Source: an uncultured Gemmatimonadales bacterium
GTDB lineage: Bacteria > Gemmatimonadota > Gemmatimonadetes > Gemmatimonadales > GWC2-71-9
Reading direction: 5' to 3'
DNA length: 64,000 bases
Assembly: GCA_963850655.1 (NCBI GenBank)
Contig: CAWKMI010000004.1
Span: forward strand, 10,026 to 74,025
Part shown: piece after piece, positions 57,261 through 64,000 of the stretch
Numbering within the stretch: the first letter of the stretch is position 1
How the letters are laid out: every line of letters starts with the position of its first letter
Made by a program: the position numbers and the translations under genes
The notes under the pieces: model-generated
What the model was told of the DNA's origin: nothing
Database searches by the model: none
The model's input: only the letters and a program-made list of their open reading frames with translations

Positions 57261-57292
57261 TTTCTCCAAGAACTTTGAGGGGAGCAACAGGC

Positions 57293-58012
57293 CTACAGCG
57301 TCGCCACTCCAATCCCCACCACATCGGTCACCCGCATCGTCTCTGCCGTCCAGAATGGCTCGCCATACGCGCAGCGGATCTGTGACCCGGTGGCGGCGTC
57401 CTGTGTGCGAATCAGGTCGATGAGCGGCTGGCCCGTGGGGTAGAGCTCGCCGGCCTGTTTGGTGGTGCCATCCCACTGCGATGCGAAACACGCCATCGCC
57501 TTGAGTTTCCGCTCGAAGCCATCGGTCGTATCGACGATGAACGTCGGCTTGACCACATCTTCGCGATAGGAGAGCACGAAGGCCACCTTCTCGGGCCGGA
57601 ACCGGTCGCCGTCGGCAGGGTAGTTCATTAATCCCGACAGGAAGCAGGCGTCGCGAACCAGTTCACTGGCCGCCCGGTGATCGGGGTGCCGCCCAACGAG
57701 ATAATGGGTCAGCACCACGCGCGGCCGATGACGACGGATCGCCTCGATCACCGCGCGACGAGTTGTCTCGTCATTCGTCAGGCGACTGTCAGGCAGGTCG
57801 AGGCACTCCCGCGAGGACACCCCCAGCACCTCGGCAGCTCGCTTCGCTTCCTCGGCCCTGATCTCGGGCGTCCCCTTGCTGCCGAGCTCGCCGCGGGTGA
57901 GGTCCACGATGCCGACGGAGTGCCCCAGGTCGACGCTGACGGCGATGGTGCCGCCGCAGAGCAGTTCGGCATCGTCGGGATGGGCGAACACGGCCAGGAG
58001 ATCAGTGGTCAT
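57293..58012 (-). CDS. bshB1: Bacillithiol biosynthesis deacetylase BshB1 (PIG-L family)
   Basis: AHPDDAEL, LTRGELGSKG, RHPDH, ACFLSGL, PTFIVD, FASQ, YGEPF. Confidence 0.85.
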   Translation of the reverse strand: MTTDLLAVFAHPDDAELLCGGTIAVSVDLGHSVGIVDLTRGELGSKGTPEIRAEEAKRAAEVLGVSSRECLDLPDSRLTNDETTRRAVIEAIRRHRPRVVLTHYLVGRHPDHRAASELVRDACFLSGLMNYPADGDRFRPEKVAFVLSYREDVVKPTFIVDTTDGFERKLKAMACFASQWDGTTKQAGELYPTGQPLIDLIRTQDAATGSQIRCAYGEPFWTAETMRVTDVVGIGVATL

Positions 58013-59256
58013 TCGTACCTCAGGGCTTCGACCGGATCCATCTTCGCCGCCCGGTTGGCCGGGATGACACCGAAGACCAGCCCGATCGCCACTGATGCCC
58101 CTGTTGCCACCACGGCGCTCCAGAGCGGCGGGCCGGCCTTGATGTCGAGCACCGACTTGAGCACCTCGCCGCCGAGGATGCCGACGATGATGCCGAGCAC
58201 GCCGCCGAACGCGGTGAGCGTGGCTGCCTCCACCAGGAACTGCCAGAGAATCTCGTTGTGCGTGGCGCCGAGTGCCTTGCGGACGCCGATCTCGCGGGTG
58301 CGGTCGGTCACCGACACCATCATGATCGCCATCACCCCGATGCCACCGACGAGGAGGGCCACGCTCGACAGGGCGATCATCACCAGGAAGAACGCCGAGG
58401 TGAGCTTGTCGATGGTCTCGAGAATCTGGTCCTGCGTCAGGATGTCAAAGGAATTTGGCGCCGCCGGTCGCAGTCCGCGGGACCGGCGGAGCGCCGAGGT
58501 GGCCGCGTCCTTGGCCACGTCAACCGACACCCCGCGTGCGGCGGAGACGGCGATGAAGAGCGAATTGGTCTCGTCGTATTCGAAGCTCTGCTGGGCGGCC
58601 AGAAACGGGACCACGCCGCCATCCGACGCCCCGGGTGGCTGGAAGACATTGTCCGGCTTGGCAAAGATGCCGATGACCGTGAACGCCTTGCCGCCGATGC
58701 GAACCACCCGGCCGATTGGTTCCTCGCGCCCGAAGAGATGGGTCGCGACCTCGCTTTCAATCACCACGACCGGCCGTCCGCTCGCCATCTCGGCGTTGGA
58801 GAACCAGCGACCGGACAGCAGGGTGCCGCCCTGGACGTCGAGGTAGGAATTGTCGGCGCCGTAAATCATCAGGCCCTGGGAGCGCATGGCCTGGTACTCC
58901 ATCCGCTGGCTGACCTGGACCCAGAGCCCGGCATGCCGGATGGCCTCCACCCGCCGAAGCGCATCGACGTCGACCTGGCTCAGCACCGGCCGGATGCGCA
59001 CCTCCGCGGGGAGGTTGTGCGGGTTGACGCCGGTCGAGGAGAAGAACCGCATCACGTAGAACGTCTGCGGCGAGGAGTTCTGGATCGAGGCAAAGATCTG
59101 TCCGCGGATCCCCTCGACCAGCGACGCCATCAGCATCACGGTCGTCACGCCGATGACGACGCCCAGGACCGTCAGGCCGGACCGGAGCTTGTTGCTGCGC
59201 ATCGAATCGAGCGCGAGGAGCATCCCCTCGCCGACACTCCGGATCCGGATCGCCAC
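58009..59256 (-). CDS. MacB/FtsX-type ABC permease 4
   Basis: LRSGLTVLGVVIGV, GGIGVMAIMMVSVTDRTREIGVRKALGA, DPVEALRYE. Confidence 0.93.
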   Translation of the reverse strand: MAIRIRSVGEGMLLALDSMRSNKLRSGLTVLGVVIGVTTVMLMASLVEGIRGQIFASIQNSSPQTFYVMRFFSSTGVNPHNLPAEVRIRPVLSQVDVDALRRVEAIRHAGLWVQVSQRMEYQAMRSQGLMIYGADNSYLDVQGGTLLSGRWFSNAEMASGRPVVVIESEVATHLFGREEPIGRVVRIGGKAFTVIGIFAKPDNVFQPPGASDGGVVPFLAAQQSFEYDETNSLFIAVSAARGVSVDVAKDAATSALRRSRGLRPAAPNSFDILTQDQILETIDKLTSAFFLVMIALSSVALLVGGIGVMAIMMVSVTDRTREIGVRKALGATHNEILWQFLVEAATLTAFGGVLGIIVGILGGEVLKSVLDIKAGPPLWSAVVATGASVAIGLVFGVIPANRAAKMDPVEALRYE

Positions 59257-59259
59257 CCG

Positions 59260-60505
59260 CTACTCCTTGTGCAACGCAGTGATCGGGTCGAGCCGGGCAG
59301 CGCGCGTGGCCGGATAGACGCCGAAGATGATGCCGGTGCCGGCGCCCAGCGCGAGCGCCACGCCGACCGACCAGAGCGTGACCGTGGCCGGCAGCGGTGT
59401 CCAGGCGCGCACCGCCTGAGCCAGCAGCCAGCCAGCCGCCACGCCGATCACGCCGCCGAGCGCGCTGAGGATCACGGTCTCGACGAGGAACTGGCGCTGG
59501 ATGTCACGATGGTTGGCACCGACCGCCTTGCGGATGCCGATTTCGCGGGTGCGTTCGCTCACGGACATCAGCATGATGTTCATGATCACGATACCGCCCA
59601 CGACGATCCCGATGCCGACCACCGCGGGAATCACGGCGAAGAGCAGTGAGGTGAGCGACTTCCAGAAGGCAACCAGGGCATCGGCCTTGTCGACGGTGAA
59701 GTCGTCCTCCTGCCTTGGCCGCAGCTGGTGCGCCACGCGCATCGCCTCCTCGGCCCTGGCCATCGCACCCTCGACGGCGTCGGCGTCGCGCATCTTGACC
59801 GAAACCACCGTGGTGCTGCGCCGGCCGTAGATCGACTCGAACGCCGGCAGCGGCAGCAACACAAAGGCATCGAACGACTGCCCGAGTTGCTTCCCCTTGG
59901 CAGCGATCACTCCCTTGATGGTGAATTCCGTCCCGCCGATCCGGATGGTCGAGCCGATGGCGGTTTCGGGCGAGGCGAAGAATTTGTCGGCGATGTCGTA
60001 CCCCACCACCGTCACGAACCGCTTCCCCCGGAGGTCCGGTTCGGCCAGCGGTTGTCCGGCGACGAAGCTGTAGTCCTGCACCGACTGGTAGGGCGGGGTC
60101 ACGCCGAAGACGATGACACCGACCAGCTCCTTGCCGCGGTAGGACACCCGCTCGACCGGAGGCGGCCAGCCTGACTGGATCGCTACCGCCTCGGCCTCGG
60201 GAATCGCCCGGGCCACCGCCTCGCCGTCCTCGCGGGTGATGCGGGGGCGCATTGCCACCCGCCTCATGGTCGAATCCTCGAGCAGGCCGATCGACGATCG
60301 GAGTGCGCCGGACCTGGAAGGCATTGGTGCCGATCATCGCCCCGGTGAGGTTGTCCTTGACGTAGAAGTTCATCCCCTGGATCACGGCCACCACCGTCAC
60401 CAGGAAGCCGACGGAGACGATGATGCCGAGCAGGGTAAAGAAGGCGCGGAGTTTGGCTCCGCGAATGGTGGCGATGGCGAGGCGGAGGGCTTCGCTGTAG
60501 GGCAT
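59260..60505 (-). CDS. MacB/FtsX-type ABC permease 3 (frameshift near 60295)
   Basis: LRAFFTLLGIIVSV, GGIVIMNIMLMSVSERTREIG, DPITAL. Confidence 0.92.
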
Positions 60506-60542
60506 GGGGGAATATATGGGGGTGGGGCAGGGGCGTCACATA

Positions 60543-60568
60543 CAGGGGCGACGCCGGCGTCGCCCCTG
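60543..60568. repeat. Perfect 26-bp REP-like palindrome
   Basis: CAGGGGCGACGCCGGCGTCGCCCCTG. Confidence 0.75.
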
Positions 60569-60576
60569 CAGCTGGA

Positions 60577-61851
60577 TCATTCGTATCGCAGCGCCTCCAC
60601 CGGGTCCAGCCTCGCCGCCTGGTTCGCCGGATAGATTCCGAAGAAGATCCCGGTGACGGCCGAGGCGAGGATGGCGGCCGCGATCGACCAGAGCGGGATG
60701 GCCGCAGGAATCGGCGTGAAGGCCCGGATGCCCCACGCGATCATCGCCCCCAGCGCCATGCCGCAAAGCCCGCCGATGACGGTCAGGGTGACGGCCTCGA
60801 CGAGGAACTGGAAGAGGATCTCGCCCCGGGTGGCACCAAGCGCCTTGCGGACGCCGATCTCGCGAGTGCGTTCCGTCACGGAGATCATCATGATTGCCAC
60901 CACGCCGATGCCGCCGACCATCAGGCCGACACTCGAGAGCACCAGCATGACCAGGAAGAAACCGGCGGTGATGCTGTCGAAGGTCTCGAGGAACTTGTCG
61001 CCGGTGACGATGTCGAAATTGTTCTCCTGGGCCGGCTTGAGGCCGCGCCGCGTCCGCAGTGCGATGGTCACCTGATCCATCGCCTCGGCCTGCGAGACGT
61101 CCGACCGCGGGAAGACGGCGATGTTGATCCAGCCGCGATCGAATTCTGCCACCTTGGTGAAGGTGGTGTGCGGCACGACAATCTTGGGCGAACCGCCACC
61201 GTCCTGGAACAGCCCGGCCGGGTCACGATAGAGGCCGACGATGGTGAAGGGAAGGCCGAAGATCCTGATCCGCTTCCCGATCGGATCCTCGCCGTGCCGG
61301 AACAGCGTCTCGGCCGCTTTGTCGTTGATGACCACGACATAGGCCCCGGCCACGGCCTCCATCGGCGAGAAGTTGCGTCCCTCGATCAGGTCGCCGCCCT
61401 CGACCCGCAACCAGGTGGCATCGACACCGTCGACGCCGACCGTACCCAGGTCGGTGTCCCGGTATGCCACACGCGACGAGCCGAATTCATGCACGTTCAC
61501 TTCCGAAATGGCCGGCAGCCGGCGAATCAGCTCGGCCTCGTCGCGGGTCATCCGCGGACGGCGCCGCCAGGGCGACATCTCATCCGAGCCGTCCGACACC
61601 TGGATCCCGGCGCGGAAATACCGCATCACGTAGAAGGTGTTCGGGCCGGATTGCATGATGATGTTGCTGACCGAATCCTTGATGCCGGTGATCATCGAGG
61701 CCATGGCGATGACGACCATCACGCCGATGGCCACGCCGAGGATCGTCAGGGCCGCCCGCATCTTGGCCGCGCGCATCGCGCCCAGGGCGAGCGCGATCCC
61801 TTCGTAGGCCCTGGCGAACAGATTGCCGCGCAGCAGGCGATCGTTGCTCAT
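60577..61851 (-). CDS. MacB/FtsX-type ABC permease 2
   Basis: RAALTILGVAIGV, GGIGVVAIMMISVTERTREIG, DPVEALRYE. Confidence 0.93.
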   Translation of the reverse strand: MSNDRLLRGNLFARAYEGIALALGAMRAAKMRAALTILGVAIGVMVVIAMASMITGIKDSVSNIIMQSGPNTFYVMRYFRAGIQVSDGSDEMSPWRRRPRMTRDEAELIRRLPAISEVNVHEFGSSRVAYRDTDLGTVGVDGVDATWLRVEGGDLIEGRNFSPMEAVAGAYVVVINDKAAETLFRHGEDPIGKRIRIFGLPFTIVGLYRDPAGLFQDGGGSPKIVVPHTTFTKVAEFDRGWINIAVFPRSDVSQAEAMDQVTIALRTRRGLKPAQENNFDIVTGDKFLETFDSITAGFFLVMLVLSSVGLMVGGIGVVAIMMISVTERTREIGVRKALGATRGEILFQFLVEAVTLTVIGGLCGMALGAMIAWGIRAFTPIPAAIPLWSIAAAILASAVTGIFFGIYPANQAARLDPVEALRYE

Positions 61852-63089
61852 TCATGCCCCAGGGCGACGACGGGATCCATCCGGGAGGCCTGCCGCGCGG
61901 GATAGACGCCCGCGACCATGCCGACGAGGACGCCGAGGCCGACCCCCACGCCGATCGACCAGGGTGCCACCGCGGCCGGCAACGGGGTGAATGCCCGGAC
62001 CGCGAAAGCGAGCATGAGGCCGGTGCCGATGCCGATGCCGGCGCCGGTAACCGACAGCGTCGCCGACTCGACCACGAACTGCGCCATGATGTCGCGACGC
62101 TTGGCGCCGAGCGCCTTGCGGATGCCGATCTCGCGGGTCCGCTCCGCCACCGCCATCAGCATGATGTTCATGATCACGATGCCGCCGACCACCAGCGAGA
62201 TCGCCACCAGACCCGGCAGCGCCATGAAGAGGATCTTGGAGATCTTCTCCCACTCCGACAGCGCCGCTTCCGCGCTCTCCAGGTGGAAGGTGTTCGGCTG
62301 GCTCGGCCGCAGCCCGCGCCGAGTCCTCATCAGCACGGTGACCTCCTCCATCGCGGCCTTCATCTGGTCGGGATCTTCCGCCTGGATGTGAAAGTCGTCG
62401 ATGACGTGCGGTCGGTTGACCAGGTTGCGCACCGGCGAGGTGAGCGTCGTGATGGCGAACTTGTCGAGCGAGATCCCGAACAGCGTGCCCTGGGGCGCCA
62501 CGACACCGATCACCCGGTGCGGCAGGCCGCCCAGCATGACGGTCTGGCCGAGCGGGTCACGACCCTCGAAGAGCTTTGCCGCCAGGTCATGCCCGAGCAC
62601 CACCACCTGCGATCCGGCATTGACCTCCTGTTGCGAGAACGCGCGCCCTTCCTCGATGTCGTAGTGCTTGATCGTGAAGTATTCGGCGTCCGTCGTCTGG
62701 ACCCCGATGTCCTTGGCGATCTTGCCGCGCCACTCGACACTGAGCTGGTCGTAGCCGACCCGGGCGAAGCGCGCCGGGGTCTTCATGTGCTCCTCGACGT
62801 AGGCCGCATCCTCGATCGTGATTCGCGGATTGCGATTCCACTGCCGCCACTGCTCCTCGGAGACGTTGCCCATCACGATGTTCGGGCGGGAGCGGAGCTG
62901 GAAGGTGTTCACGCCGATCAGGGCGCCCGCGAACTTGTCGGTCATGTAGACGTTCATTCCCTGGACGATCGAGACGACCGCAATCAGGAAAGTGACACCG
63001 ATCATCACGCCGACCGCCGAGAAGAAGCTCTTGAGCTTCTGGGCCCGGATCGAACCGAGGGCAAGGAGCACCGCCTCGAAGATTGGCAC
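61848..63089 (-). CDS. MacB/FtsX-type ABC permease 1
   Basis: LKSFFSAVGVMIGV, GGIVIMNIMLMAVAERTREIG, DPVVAL. Confidence 0.93.
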   Translation of the reverse strand: MPIFEAVLLALGSIRAQKLKSFFSAVGVMIGVTFLIAVVSIVQGMNVYMTDKFAGALIGVNTFQLRSRPNIVMGNVSEEQWRQWNRNPRITIEDAAYVEEHMKTPARFARVGYDQLSVEWRGKIAKDIGVQTTDAEYFTIKHYDIEEGRAFSQQEVNAGSQVVVLGHDLAAKLFEGRDPLGQTVMLGGLPHRVIGVVAPQGTLFGISLDKFAITTLTSPVRNLVNRPHVIDDFHIQAEDPDQMKAAMEEVTVLMRTRRGLRPSQPNTFHLESAEAALSEWEKISKILFMALPGLVAISLVVGGIVIMNIMLMAVAERTREIGIRKALGAKRRDIMAQFVVESATLSVTGAGIGIGTGLMLAFAVRAFTPLPAAVAPWSIGVGVGLGVLVGMVAGVYPARQASRMDPVVALGHE

Positions 63090-63090
63090 G

Positions 63091-63804
63091 TCAGGCCGCC
63101 TCGGTCCCCGCCGCAGGTGGCGTGAGGTGGTCGGTGTCGACCCGGCCATCGCGCAGCACCACGACCCGGTGCGCGTGACGGGCGATGTCGGCTTCATGCG
63201 TGACGATCACCACCGTCTGCCCCTGCGCATGCAACGAACCGAACACACGCATGATGTCCTCACTCGTCGCCGAGTCGAGATTGCCGGTCGGTTCGTCGGC
63301 CAGCAGGATCGAGGGGTTGTTGACGAGCGCGCGGGCGATCGCCACGCGCTGGCGCTGGCCGCCCGAGAGTTCGTTGGGCTTGTGGTGCATCCGATCGCCC
63401 AGGCCGACCCGGGCAAGCGCGGCCGAGGCCCGGCGGTGCCGTTCCTTGCCCCCGACACCGGAGTAGACCAGCGGCAGCTCGACGTTGGCGAGGGCCGAGG
63501 CGCGCGGCAACAGGTTGAACGTCTGGAAGACGAAGCCGATCTCGCGGTTCCGCACCTGCGCCAGGGCATCATCGGTCATCCGGGACACCTCATGGCCGTT
63601 GAGCCAGTAGTCCCCGGCGGTGGGGGTATCCAGGCAACCGAGCATGTTCATCATGGTCGACTTGCCGGAGCCCGACGGTCCCATGATCGCGACATACTCG
63701 TTGCGAGCGATCTCGAGGTCGACCCCGCGGAGTGCCAGCACGCGCTCGGTCCCCATCTGATACTCGCGGGTGAGGCCCTTCAGCCTGATGATTGCGTCGG
63801 TCAC
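63091..63804 (-). CDS. MacB/LolD-type ABC ATP-binding protein
   Basis: [38 protein letters not shown]. Confidence 0.95.
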   Translation of the reverse strand: MTDAIIRLKGLTREYQMGTERVLALRGVDLEIARNEYVAIMGPSGSGKSTMMNMLGCLDTPTAGDYWLNGHEVSRMTDDALAQVRNREIGFVFQTFNLLPRASALANVELPLVYSGVGGKERHRRASAALARVGLGDRMHHKPNELSGGQRQRVAIARALVNNPSILLADEPTGNLDSATSEDIMRVFGSLHAQGQTVVIVTHEADIARHAHRVVVLRDGRVDTDHLTPPAAGTEAA

Positions 63805-64000
63805 GGCTTCTTCACTCCGGCCGTCATCTTCGGCGCTTCCTTGACCTTGGCGGAATCCTTCATGTCGCGGATCGCCTGGTAGCTGCCGGCGACGATGGTC
63901 TCGCCCTCCTTGAGTCCGGTGAGCACCTCGAAATATTCATCGCCCGCGATCCCGACCTTCACCGGCCGGAAGCTCGCCACGCCATTGTTCACGACGAACA
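63801..64000 (-). CDS. MacA-like periplasmic adaptor, C-terminal fragment
   Basis: [20 protein letters not shown]. Runs off the window end. Confidence 0.85.
   Translation of the reverse strand, partial: FVVNNGVASFRPVKVGIAGDEYFEVLTGLKEGETIVAGSYQAIRDMKDSAKVKEAPKMTAGVKKP

Overview
High-GC bacterial core-chromosome segment, most likely Gemmatimonadota. This is inferred from the gene set and order: GlyQS-type GlyRS, GWxTD protein, class II RNR, ffs-dnaX-ybaB-recR-mglBA and tandem MacB permeases. Many genes, including essential ones, are broken by single-base indels, which look like long-read consensus errors, so ends of reconstructed genes are approximate. Left to right: type IV minor pilins (PilX/W/V-like); glyQS; a PLP trans-sulfuration enzyme; a ubiquitin-fold/HDAC/dipeptide epimerase/priA operon; Fur-ccdA; ggt; murQ-anmK; a PP2C phosphatase; a GWxTD protein; nrdJ; a Met/His/Cys-rich leader ORF with a TonB-dependent receptor; ispG; a thiol-redox operon; a ~1000-aa Ig-like surface lipoprotein; a four-helix-bundle gene between inverted heptamer arrays; pgi/pyk divergent from fba; SRP RNA-dnaX-ybaB-recR-mglB-mglA-pgsA-cinA-grpE-dnaJ; ppk1; mnmA-iscS; bshB1; and a MacAB-type operon with four permeases. 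The three strongest signals are: (1) a probable metal-sensing ribosome-stalling leader whose 3' end carries a perfect 9-bp anti-Shine-Dalgarno for the downstream TonB receptor; (2) about a dozen DnaA-box-like 9-mers between pyk and fba, a candidate oriC or DnaA-titration site; (3) heptamer inverted-array elements with and without a four-helix-bundle cargo gene. No CRISPR array, tRNA, rRNA, transposase or integrase was seen.
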